DNA from: Holophaga sp.
Lineage (GTDB): Bacteria; Acidobacteriota; Holophagae; Holophagales; Holophagaceae
Length of the DNA stretch: 64,000 nt
Assembly: GCA_035298525.1 (NCBI GenBank)
Contig: DATGXY010000310.1
Span: 58,300 to 122,299 of the forward strand
Reading direction: 5' to 3'
Part shown: positions 50,554 to 59,035 of the stretch, one piece after another
Layout of the letters: each line of letters opens with the position of its first letter
Numbering within the stretch: the first letter of the stretch is position 1
The notes under the pieces: generated by a model
What the model saw: only the letters and a program-made list of their open reading frames with translations
Database searches by the model: none
What the model was told of the DNA's origin: nothing
Program-made: the position numbers and the translations under genes

Positions 50554-50913
50554 TCAGATCTCCCGGTTCAGGGCGGCGATGGCCTCCTGCATGCGGAAGC
50601 GGGCCCGGCCCAGGATCCCGTCGCGGCGCATGACGAGCACGAGGGAGGTGTGCTCGGCCCCGCCCATCATCAGGATCCAGTGCTGGTCGGTGCTGAAGGC
50701 CACCTGGTCCACCTCGCCCCTGTCGAATTCCAGCACCGCCTCCTGGAGGTGGCGCTTCACGACGTTCCGGTAGGCGCCCAGGAGCTGCAGGGCGTCGTTG
50801 GGCACCTCGATGGTGCGGGAGCAGAGGGGATCGCCGTCCTTGTCGTTGAAGGTGGCCGCGATCGCCTCGGGAACCTGTTCGATCAGGTTGTCCAGAATGG
50901 TCTGGAAGGCCAT
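50554..50913 (-). CDS. Roadblock/LC7 (MglB-like) domain protein
   Basis: Trimmed to MAFQTILDNLIEQVPEAIAATFNDKDGDPL... (119 aa), preceded by GGGAG. The alpha-beta-alpha pattern is typical of Robl_LC7. Confidence 0.72.
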   Translation of the reverse strand: MAFQTILDNLIEQVPEAIAATFNDKDGDPLCSRTIEVPNDALQLLGAYRNVVKRHLQEAVLEFDRGEVDQVAFSTDQHWILMMGGAEHTSLVLVMRRDGILGRARFRMQEAIAALNREI

Positions 50914-50967
50914 GGAATGCTCCCTGGGGGGAAGATCCTTCATCATGCCCTGTCCGGCGCGGGATTG

Positions 50968-51672
50968 CTAGGATGCCAGGGCGACGCCCAGGACAAGGAG
51001 GGCCGGCAGCATGGCCAGGAGGAGCAGGAGGCCCGCCAGGACCGGGTTGAGCACCGTGGCGGCCAATCCCTTCCAGAGGGGGCACCCGTGCCACGCGGCC
51101 AGGGCGGCCCCCCGCAGCAGCCAGAAGTAGACGGCGGCGGGGACCAGGAGGAGGGAAAGCCACCAGGGCGCCCCCGGCACATGGCCCGGAAGGGCCAGGA
51201 GGGCCCCCAGGACCCCCACCTGCAGGGCCTCGGCCTCGGCGGAAAGGGTGGCCCGCCATCCGCCCCGCCGCGCGCCCCCCAGGATCATGAGGCCCAGGTG
51301 ATCCAGGGTGGCGTGGTGGAGCCAGAGGCCCAGGACCCCCAGGGGGGCCAGGAGGGCCAGCCAGGGCAGGGCGGATCCCAGGGAGGGGAGGGCCGGGATG
51401 CGGGCGAGGGCCTCGGCCAGTTCCCCGGGATCGGGGGCGGTGGGCAGGATCTCCAGCACCTGGCGCCACAGGGCGCTGTCGGGGCTGCGCAGGGCGGCCG
51501 CCAGATCCGCGAGGCGCACCCAGAGGAGGGCGGAGGCCACGAGGGCCACGGGGGCGCGCAGGAGGACCAGGTCCCGCAGGGAGCCGCCCAGGGCAGGCGC
51601 TTCCGCGGCGCGGGCGGCGAAGGCGGGGACGGGCCTCAGGGCCCTTTCCCCCAGGGCCTTGAAGGAGACCAT
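50968..51672 (-). CDS. hypothetical polytopic membrane protein (Yip1-like topology)
   Basis: The C-terminal 234 aa of a 572-aa track ORF. The ATG overlaps the upstream stop (TGATG). It has 4-5 hydrophobic helices. Confidence 0.55.
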   Translation of the reverse strand: MVSFKALGERALRPVPAFAARAAEAPALGGSLRDLVLLRAPVALVASALLWVRLADLAAALRSPDSALWRQVLEILPTAPDPGELAEALARIPALPSLGSALPWLALLAPLGVLGLWLHHATLDHLGLMILGGARRGGWRATLSAEAEALQVGVLGALLALPGHVPGAPWWLSLLLVPAAVYFWLLRGAALAAWHGCPLWKGLAATVLNPVLAGLLLLLAMLPALLVLGVALAS

Positions 51673-52355
51673 CAGCGGCGGTGGGGGAAGAGGGCCTCGA
51701 ACTCCCGCAGGGCCACCGGGTCCCCCTCGGCCCGGATGGGATCGTGGAACTCGCGCGGGTCGATCTCCGCGAACTGGCCGAAGGTGGCGATATTGCCGTT
51801 GATGTAGGCGATGAACTCGTCCTGGCGGTGGCGGATGTAGCCCTGGAAGGGGCGGGCGGCGATGCCCAGGATGGCGGAGTCGAGGAGGGTCCAGGTCTGC
51901 AGGTGGGTCTCGAAGCCCTTGGGCCCGTCCCAGTAGCGGTAGGCCACGGCCATGCGCGCGCCCACGGCGAAGGGGGTCTTCAGGCGCCCGGCCTCGGCGC
52001 GCCCCTCCACCAGGTAGACCCGGAAGCCGGGCTTCTGGAGGACGCAGCGGAGGCGGCCCGTGAGGCCCTTGGTGTCGTCGATGGAGAAGGCGCCGTCGGG
52101 ATGCACGAAGGCGTAGAAGCGGGGCACGAACTGGCAGTGGCGCCACAGGGCCGCGCCCAGGTGCGGGTGGTCGAAGAGCTTCTCCATGGTGCTCACGCGC
52201 ACCCTCACGGGCTGGGTGCGGGTCTGGAAGGCGAAGTCCGCCTTCTTCACGATGTACTGGGCCTCCTCCCGGTCCATGGGGGCCAGTTCCGCGAAGGGGA
52301 TCTGGGCCTGGAGGACTGCGGCGGTTGCCAGGGCGGGGAAAATGGAGAGGCGCAT
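51672..52355 (-). CDS. hypothetical secreted protein
   Basis: 227-aa ORF with the signal peptide MRLSIFPALATAAVLQAQ. No family was recognised and there is no obvious Shine-Dalgarno sequence. Confidence 0.55.
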   Translation of the reverse strand: MRLSIFPALATAAVLQAQIPFAELAPMDREEAQYIVKKADFAFQTRTQPVRVRVSTMEKLFDHPHLGAALWRHCQFVPRFYAFVHPDGAFSIDDTKGLTGRLRCVLQKPGFRVYLVEGRAEAGRLKTPFAVGARMAVAYRYWDGPKGFETHLQTWTLLDSAILGIAARPFQGYIRHRQDEFIAYINGNIATFGQFAEIDPREFHDPIRAEGDPVALREFEALFPHRR

Positions 52356-52423
52356 GGAGAAACGCTAGCGAATCGGCCGGTTTGTGAAAAGAATATTGCT
52401 GAACACCCTCTGCCCAGGACGCA

Positions 52424-55108
52424 ATGCCCAGCCCCCTCCGGAAGATCCCGCTCACGCCCCTGGACACGCTCCGGGACCTGCTGAAGGAGTACGCCGAAGG
52501 GGACCCCCAGTTCCCCACAAGGCTCGCCTCCCAGGTCCAATCCCTGAAAAAGCAAGCCCTTGGCGAGCTGGGAGCCCGGCTCGGGTCCCAGGGCACCCCC
52601 CGGGGCCTCCGCAAGGCCATCCTGGGGCTGGTGGCTCGCTTCGACTGGCCGGAGTGGACCCCCTGGATCGCCCGGGCCCTGCGCACCGAACACGACCTGG
52701 GCCTCTTCGACGAGGGGTGCGCGGCCCTGGGGACCCTGGGGACCCGGCCGGCCCTGGAGGCCCTGGAGCACCTGCGGGGCTCCCGCCCCGAACCCGACTA
52801 CCAGGTGATCCTCAACCGGGAACTGGGGAACTTCCAGAGCCAGCAGGGCGTGGCCTACCACATCAGCCGCCTCATGGAGGGCCAGGGGAACACCCGCATG
52901 GCCGCCCAGGGGGCCAAGCACCTCGCCGGCATCGCCGGCCCCCAGGACCTGGGGGTCATCATCGAGGCCTACCATAACGGGGACACGGTGACCCAGCGCC
53001 TGGTCCTGCGGGTGGTGGGGGGCATGCCTGGGGAACAGGCGAGCGACTTCCTCAAGACCCTGGCCGCCAACGCCCGGGAGGACTACCTCGATCACCAGAA
53101 GCTCATGGAGAGCCTGAACCGGCTCCAGACCCTTCAGCGGGCCTCCGTGCTGCCGGAGCTCCTCCGCCAGACCGCGGCCCACTTTCCGGACGCTTACCCG
53201 GGCTCCCGGGAGGCCGTCGCCGCCCTCCAGCGGGCCGCCGCCCAGGAGGAGCCCAATCTGATGCCCCCCCTGGAGGATCTGCGCCCCTGGGCCAAGGGGG
53301 CCTTCGAGACCTTCCTGCTGGATGCCCTGTCCCTGATGGCCGAGGGCAAGGTGGCCCGCTACTCGGCCGTGATCTCGGACGCGGCCAAGGCCACGGAGAC
53401 CCGGCTCGCCCAGCTTTCGGGCCTCCTGGACCAGACGGCGGAGGCCCTGGCCTTCCGGGTGGACGCCGGGAAGCTGGACCGGGACGAGATCCTCCCCGTG
53501 CTCGTGCCCGTGCTCCGGAGCCGGGCCGGGGGCGAAGGCCTGGTGACGGCCCTCCTGCGCCTGCTCCCCACGGATTCCCCCGTGCTGGACGAACTGCTCC
53601 AGGACCCGGACCTGGAAAGGCGGGCCCGGTACCTGGACGCCCTGGGCGTGCGGGAGGACGACAGCCTCACGCCCTTCTTCCTGAAGGCCATGGAGGACCC
53701 CATCGTGGAGGTGGGCCAGCGCGCCATCCACCACCTGGGCAAGCTCCCCTCCAGCTTCCCCGCCCTCATGGCCATGTTCGAGACGGGCCAGACGGAGCAG
53801 GTGCGCCTGGCCATGCGGGTCTTCGGGGAGAACCGCACGCGCCTGGCGGCGGAGCCCCTCCTCACCTTCCTGCAGAAGGACCACCGGGACGCCCTGGTGG
53901 TGGAGGCCGCGGAGGCGCTCACCGCCATCGGGTACCCGGGCAGCGCTCCCGTGCTGCTGGAACTGCTCCACGACGGCAAGCCCTTCAACCTGCAGGTGGC
54001 CCTGGCCACGGCGCTGAAGGAGATCGGCACGGAGGAGGCCTCCCTGGGGCTCCTGCGCAAGGCCCCGGCCCTGAAGCCGCCCCAGGTGCTCATCCTCGCC
54101 CTGGAAGGGGCGCTGGCGGCCTTCCCCGGCTTCGACCGGCCCCTGCCCGCGGAGGTCCTGCCGGACTTTCTCAAGCTCTTCGAGCGCTGCTGCGACGAAC
54201 GCGAGGGGGAGGGCCAGCGCCTGCGGGCCATCCTGGCGGCGCAGGACCTCTTCGTCTTCGACCGGGGCGCGTACTCCCACCTGAAGGACCGCATCGGCGA
54301 CTTCCTCTTCGACATGCGGACGAAGGAGACCTGGGACCGGGAATCCAACGACCGCGTCGCGGCCGTGGTGAAGGAACTGGCGAGGCGCGGCGACGGCCTC
54401 CTGAACCTGGCCCAGAAGGAGGCCGGGATCCAGAGCCAGATCCAGCGGATCCCCCCCCAGGGCCCGAAGCGGGCCGAGTCCCTGCTGGCGCTGCGGGAGA
54501 CCCTGCAGGACCCGGAGCTGATCATGCGGCCGGAACTGGCCCATTCCCTTGCGGAACTGGTGCTGGAGATGCTCGCGGCCCCCGGCCAGGAGTGGCGGGA
54601 GACGGCCCACCTGTGCGAGATCGGGGGCATCACCCGCCAGCCCTCCCTGGTGGATCCCATCCGGGACATCTTCCAGTCGGCCACGGGCCTGGGCCTCAAG
54701 AGCGCGGCGCGGGCGGCCCTGGCCGCCCTGGGGCTGGCCGAATCGGACATGAACCGCCGGCCCCGGCCCCGGTCCATCCTCCTGCTGGAGCCCAGCGCCT
54801 TCTTCCGCAAGCGGCTCGCCAGCGCCCTCCACGACGGCCAGCGGGAGCTGGAGGAGGCCGGGGGCAGGGCGGAGGCCGAGGCCATCCTGGCGCGCCGGCC
54901 CGTGGACCTGGTGCTCTGCGAGACCAAGGACGCGGAGGGGGACCTGGAGGCCTGGCTGGAGGACCAGCGGGCCCAGGGCCGGTTCCGCTTCGCCCTGCTT
55001 TCCAGCAGCAACCGGGACCTGGGCAGCCTGCGCGACCGGCCCTGGGTGGTGGGGGCCCTCTTCAAGCCCTATCCAACCGAGCAGGTGCTCCAGGCCCTTG
55101 AAGGTTAA
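52424..55108 (+). CDS. HEAT-repeat protein with a C-terminal pseudo-receiver domain
   Basis: 894-aa ORF. It has HEAT/PBS-lyase-like repeats (e.g. VVEAAEALTAIGYPGSAPVLLELLHD). The last 112 aa have a REC-like fold pattern with Glu at the phospho-acceptor position. Confidence 0.72.
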   Translation: MPSPLRKIPLTPLDTLRDLLKEYAEGDPQFPTRLASQVQSLKKQALGELGARLGSQGTPRGLRKAILGLVARFDWPEWTPWIARALRTEHDLGLFDEGCAALGTLGTRPALEALEHLRGSRPEPDYQVILNRELGNFQSQQGVAYHISRLMEGQGNTRMAAQGAKHLAGIAGPQDLGVIIEAYHNGDTVTQRLVLRVVGGMPGEQASDFLKTLAANAREDYLDHQKLMESLNRLQTLQRASVLPELLRQTAAHFPDAYPGSREAVAALQRAAAQEEPNLMPPLEDLRPWAKGAFETFLLDALSLMAEGKVARYSAVISDAAKATETRLAQLSGLLDQTAEALAFRVDAGKLDRDEILPVLVPVLRSRAGGEGLVTALLRLLPTDSPVLDELLQDPDLERRARYLDALGVREDDSLTPFFLKAMEDPIVEVGQRAIHHLGKLPSSFPALMAMFETGQTEQVRLAMRVFGENRTRLAAEPLLTFLQKDHRDALVVEAAEALTAIGYPGSAPVLLELLHDGKPFNLQVALATALKEIGTEEASLGLLRKAPALKPPQVLILALEGALAAFPGFDRPLPAEVLPDFLKLFERCCDEREGEGQRLRAILAAQDLFVFDRGAYSHLKDRIGDFLFDMRTKETWDRESNDRVAAVVKELARRGDGLLNLAQKEAGIQSQIQRIPPQGPKRAESLLALRETLQDPELIMRPELAHSLAELVLEMLAAPGQEWRETAHLCEIGGITRQPSLVDPIRDIFQSATGLGLKSAARAALAALGLAESDMNRRPRPRSILLLEPSAFFRKRLASALHDGQRELEEAGGRAEAEAILARRPVDLVLCETKDAEGDLEAWLEDQRAQGRFRFALLSSSNRDLGSLRDRPWVVGALFKPYPTEQVLQALEG

Positions 55109-55109
55109 G

Positions 55110-56594
55110 ATGAAGCCATCCCCAACCCAAGAGGCCCGCATGACGCTCCCAGGAACCCGGATCCGAGCCACGCTGATGGTCCTGGCCCTGGCCGCCGCCC
55201 TTTCCGCCCAGGACGCGGACATGGCCGAGCGGCTCTTCCGTTCCGGCGAGCGCGCCTACGCGGCCCATGCCTATCCCGAGGCCCTGGAGACCTGGAACCA
55301 GCTGGTGCAGCAGGCCCCCGCCTCGCCCTTCGCGGCCCGGGCCCTCCTGGCCCTGGCCCGCCACCAGCTGGAGGTGGAGCGCAAGCCAGAGGCGGCCGTG
55401 CCCCTCCTGGAGAAGCTGCGCACGGACCACCTCAAGACCCCCCAGGCCGGCACGGCCCTCCTGCTCATGGGCAACCTCAAGGCCGAGCGCGCCCGTACCC
55501 CCGCCGCCCTCAAGGAGGCGCTGGCGGACTACAACCGGGCCGTGGACCTCTTCCCCGACCAGCCCCTGGTGCAGGAGGCGCGCCTGCGCATGGGCCTGGC
55601 CCAGAAGCGCATGGGCGAATGGGGCCGGGCCCTGGTGGCCCTCACGGAGGCCATGCGCCTGGACCCGGCGAGCCCCTTCGCGCGCCAGGCCCAGCTCCAG
55701 GCCGCGGAGATCCTGGATATCCAGGGCGACCTCACCGGCTGCCTGCGCATGCTCCAGGATCTGCGCAACCGCCACGCCGGCACCCCGGAGGCCGAGGACG
55801 CCCTCTGGCGCATCCAGACCCGGGTGCGCCTGCGGCTCCAGAAGCCGGCCCTGAAATCCGAGGGCATCTGGCCCCCGGGCCGGCAGAAGTGGCTCAAGAC
55901 CCCCACCCTCCTGGCCGTGGGCCCCGAGGGGGACCTCTACATCTACAACAACGACGAGGACCGGGCCTACCGCTTCACCAACGGTGCCCTGGCCCCCGCC
56001 GGAGCCCCGGCCAAGGCGGGCCGGGCCCTGCTGGTGCCGGCCTCGGGCACCGCCTGGATCGTCAGCGGCAAGACCGGCCTCGTGAAGGACGACGGCGCAC
56101 CCGGGGTCCCCCCCGTGCCCTCCCCCTCCGGGGGCATGCTGGACGCCTGGGGCAACGCCTGGATCTGCGACCCCGGTTCGCCCTCCATCGCCGTGACCGG
56201 CGGCGACGCCGGCCGCGCCCTCCCCGTGGCCGGGGTCTCCCTCCTGGCCGCCCTCCCCGGGGGCGGCGCCGTGGCCGCCTCGGACAGCCTCCGGACCCTG
56301 CGGTGGCTGGACGCCGAGGGCCAGGTGAAGGCCACCCTCCCCTACGGCAAGGACCTCCCGGCGGGCTTCAAGACCGTGGTCGCCCTGGCCTCCGACCCCA
56401 TCGGGCACGTGGCGGCCATCGTGGACGGCGACTTCGAGGGGGTCGTCGTGTGGGGCCCCGATGGCGCGGTGCTGCGCAGCGCCACCTTCAAGGGGCTGGG
56501 CATCGCGGGCAAGTTCCGGGCCCTGGCCCTGGACCGCACGGGGGCGGTGATCCTCGCGGACCGGTCCAACGATCTCCTGGTCAGGCTGCCATGA
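55110..56594 (+). CDS. secreted TPR (YbgF-like) plus NHL/beta-propeller-like protein
   Basis: It has a signal peptide ...LALAAALSAQ, an N-terminal TPR region and C-terminal NHL-like repeats (ALDRTGAVILADRSNDLLVRL). The start is ambiguous (55098 TTG, 55110 ATG or 55140 ATG). Confidence 0.68.
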   Translation: MKPSPTQEARMTLPGTRIRATLMVLALAAALSAQDADMAERLFRSGERAYAAHAYPEALETWNQLVQQAPASPFAARALLALARHQLEVERKPEAAVPLLEKLRTDHLKTPQAGTALLLMGNLKAERARTPAALKEALADYNRAVDLFPDQPLVQEARLRMGLAQKRMGEWGRALVALTEAMRLDPASPFARQAQLQAAEILDIQGDLTGCLRMLQDLRNRHAGTPEAEDALWRIQTRVRLRLQKPALKSEGIWPPGRQKWLKTPTLLAVGPEGDLYIYNNDEDRAYRFTNGALAPAGAPAKAGRALLVPASGTAWIVSGKTGLVKDDGAPGVPPVPSPSGGMLDAWGNAWICDPGSPSIAVTGGDAGRALPVAGVSLLAALPGGGAVAASDSLRTLRWLDAEGQVKATLPYGKDLPAGFKTVVALASDPIGHVAAIVDGDFEGVVVWGPDGAVLRSATFKGLGIAGKFRALALDRTGAVILADRSNDLLVRLP

Positions 56595-58627
56595 TGCGAC
56601 GCGCCCTCCTCCTCGCCACCGCCCTCCTCGTCCTGCCCGCGGCGGGCCAGGACCCCGCCCTCCGGGACCAGATCCAGGCCGCCAAGGCCATGTGGGCCGT
56701 GCAGGGCGACCGGGAAGCCGCCGCCTCCCGGTTCGAGGCCATCCTGGCCGCCCTGGAGCCCTCCGCCAGGACCCTGGACGCCGCCTGGACCAGGGATCTC
56801 TGCGAGGTCTACAACTGGATGGCCGTGCTGGACGACCGGGCCCCCGGCAAGCAGGCCCAGGCCGCCAAGCGCCTCGAGGCCCTCCTGGACCTGGACCCGG
56901 ACTGCGAGATCGACCGCACCATCACCAACCGCCGCCTCCAGAACGCCTTCGACGCCCTCCGGGCCCAGAAGTTCGGCAGGATCAAGCTGGTCCTGGACCC
57001 CCCCGACGGGGTCCTCACCCTGGACGGCAAGATCCGGCGCATGGAGGCGGGCCTTCACCATCTGGCCCCTGGCCCCCACACCCTCACCTACACCCGCATG
57101 GGCTACCAGCCCCAGGACGCGCGTTTCGACCTGGCCGCCAAGGACACCCGGCCCGTGGAATTCAAGCTCAACCGGACCTCCTCGGTGGTGACCGTCTACA
57201 CCACCCCCGTGGGCGTCGAGGTGTTCGTGGACGGCAAGTCCCGGGGCGTCACCCGGGGGCAGGTCCCCGTGGCCCTCAGCTACCTCGCGGACCGCGCCGG
57301 GGTCAAGCCCGACCAGCTCTCGGAAGGCTTCCGCATCGCCGAGCTCGCGCCCGGGAAGCACCTGGTGGAGTTCCGCCTTGCCTGCCACAAGACCCGGCGC
57401 CTGGAGATCGACGGCACCTGGACGACCCCCTTCGCCGACCACGACATGGACCCCGTCAAGCTGGCCCCCTCCATGGGCACCCTGACGGTGCAGAGCCAGG
57501 CCCCCGGGGGGCAGCTCTTCCTCTCGGGCATGGACATGGGGCGGGTTCCCGTGCAGGACCTGCAGGTGTGCGCCCAGCCCTACGACCTCCTCGTGCGCTA
57601 CCCCACCGGCAGCTTCACCCAGCGCATCGAGATCGCCGAGGGGAAGGCCTTCTCCGTGCAGGCCCGGCCCAAGGCCCGGCTCACCTACGCGGGCTTCGAG
57701 GGGAACGACGAATTCGCCGGGCGGGACCGCATCCTCGGGATGCTGGCCGGCCTGGGCTCGCGCCTCAAGGACGTGGCCTTCCTCACCGCCGCCAAGGGCG
57801 AATCCCTCAAGGACTGCCTGGCCCGGGCCAGGGCTTCCAAGGAGACGGAGCTGCTCCTCTGGGCCCGGCCCATTCCCGGCAAGCCCGTGCACCAGATCGA
57901 GCTGGTGCTCTCCACCCTGGGCGGCCAGGAGGAGCGCATCGTCGTCAAGCCCCTGGAGAGCGATCCCCTGGGCTCCCTCGTGGCCCGCATGGAGAAGCCC
58001 CTGGCCCTGTGGGAGCCCTGGGCCGGCGTGACGGCGGTGGACATGCCCGAGGGGCCCTTCGTGATCCAGGCCGACGCCGCCGCCCAGAAGGCGGGGATCA
58101 AGGTGGGCCGCCCCATCCTGGAGGCTGACGGCAAGCCCCTGGCCACCGTGGCCGAGTGGCGCGCCGCCCTGGCCGCGGCCAAGGGAGGCGCCGTCACCGT
58201 CAACCAGGGCGAGGCCCCGGTGAAGCTGGCCGTCGTATCCATGGCCCGGGAACTGCCCGTGAACGCCCAGGATCTCTGCTACCCCGCGCTCCTGGCCGAC
58301 CTGAAGCTGCGCTACCTGGGCGCCGTCGGGGACGAGGCGGCCCTCTACCGCCTGCACCAGGCCCTGGCCCTGATGCACTTCCGGGAGTACGACAAGGCCC
58401 TGGAGGTGCTGCGGGACGCCCGCACCACCGCGATCCAGGGCGTGAGCCAGGGCACCTTCGACTACTACACCGGCGTATGCCTCCTGCGCATGGGCAACGT
58501 GTACCTCACGGAAGCCCAGCAGAGCTTCAACCAGGCCCTCAAGTACCCCCAGGCCACGCTCTTCGGCCCGGACGGGCCCCTCCTGGCCCCCCTGGCCCGG
58601 CAGGCCCTGCACGACCTCCAACCCTGA
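56591..58627 (+). CDS. secreted PEGA-repeat / PDZ / TPR protein
   Basis: Trimmed to MMRRALLLATALLVLPAAGQ (678 aa) with an ATGA overlap on the upstream stop. It has three PEGA-like modules (e.g. VVTVYTTPVGVEVFVDGKSRG), a PDZ-like segment (AGIKVGRPILEADGKPL) and a C-terminal TPR. Confidence 0.72.
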   Translation: MMRRALLLATALLVLPAAGQDPALRDQIQAAKAMWAVQGDREAAASRFEAILAALEPSARTLDAAWTRDLCEVYNWMAVLDDRAPGKQAQAAKRLEALLDLDPDCEIDRTITNRRLQNAFDALRAQKFGRIKLVLDPPDGVLTLDGKIRRMEAGLHHLAPGPHTLTYTRMGYQPQDARFDLAAKDTRPVEFKLNRTSSVVTVYTTPVGVEVFVDGKSRGVTRGQVPVALSYLADRAGVKPDQLSEGFRIAELAPGKHLVEFRLACHKTRRLEIDGTWTTPFADHDMDPVKLAPSMGTLTVQSQAPGGQLFLSGMDMGRVPVQDLQVCAQPYDLLVRYPTGSFTQRIEIAEGKAFSVQARPKARLTYAGFEGNDEFAGRDRILGMLAGLGSRLKDVAFLTAAKGESLKDCLARARASKETELLLWARPIPGKPVHQIELVLSTLGGQEERIVVKPLESDPLGSLVARMEKPLALWEPWAGVTAVDMPEGPFVIQADAAAQKAGIKVGRPILEADGKPLATVAEWRAALAAAKGGAVTVNQGEAPVKLAVVSMARELPVNAQDLCYPALLADLKLRYLGAVGDEAALYRLHQALALMHFREYDKALEVLRDARTTAIQGVSQGTFDYYTGVCLLRMGNVYLTEAQQSFNQALKYPQATLFGPDGPLLAPLARQALHDLQP

Positions 58628-58639
58628 GAAAGGAACGCC

Positions 58640-59035
58640 ATGACCACCACGCGCGCACATGAACGGGGCGAAGGCAAGATCGGCTGCATCGTCTCCCTCC
58701 TGGTCTTCATCCTCCTGGCGGCGGCGGCCTGGAAGATCGTCCCCGTCTTCTACAGCAACAACGAACTGACCCGCACCGCCGAGGACCTGGGCTCCCGGGC
58801 CGCCTTCGTGAGCCAGGCCAACATGGAGGCCCAGATCCGCGCCAAGGCCGTGGAGCTGGAGATCCCCGAGGCCACGGCCAAGGGCGCCGTGGACGTGAAG
58901 ATCCTGGGCGACAAGACCGGCGGCAAGTGCGTGATCACCCTGAAGTACAAGCGCACCGTGGATCTCTACGGGATCTACGCCTTCCAGATGGAAGTGGACA
59001 AGACCCTCACGCGGCCCTGGATGGACGCGAGGTAG
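58640..59035 (+). CDS. membrane-anchored small protein (DUF4845-like)
   Basis: 131-aa ORF preceded by AAGGAA, with a single N-terminal TM segment (IGCIVSLLVFILLAAAAW). The family call rests on memory only. Confidence 0.5.
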   Translation: MTTTRAHERGEGKIGCIVSLLVFILLAAAAWKIVPVFYSNNELTRTAEDLGSRAAFVSQANMEAQIRAKAVELEIPEATAKGAVDVKILGDKTGGKCVITLKYKRTVDLYGIYAFQMEVDKTLTRPWMDAR

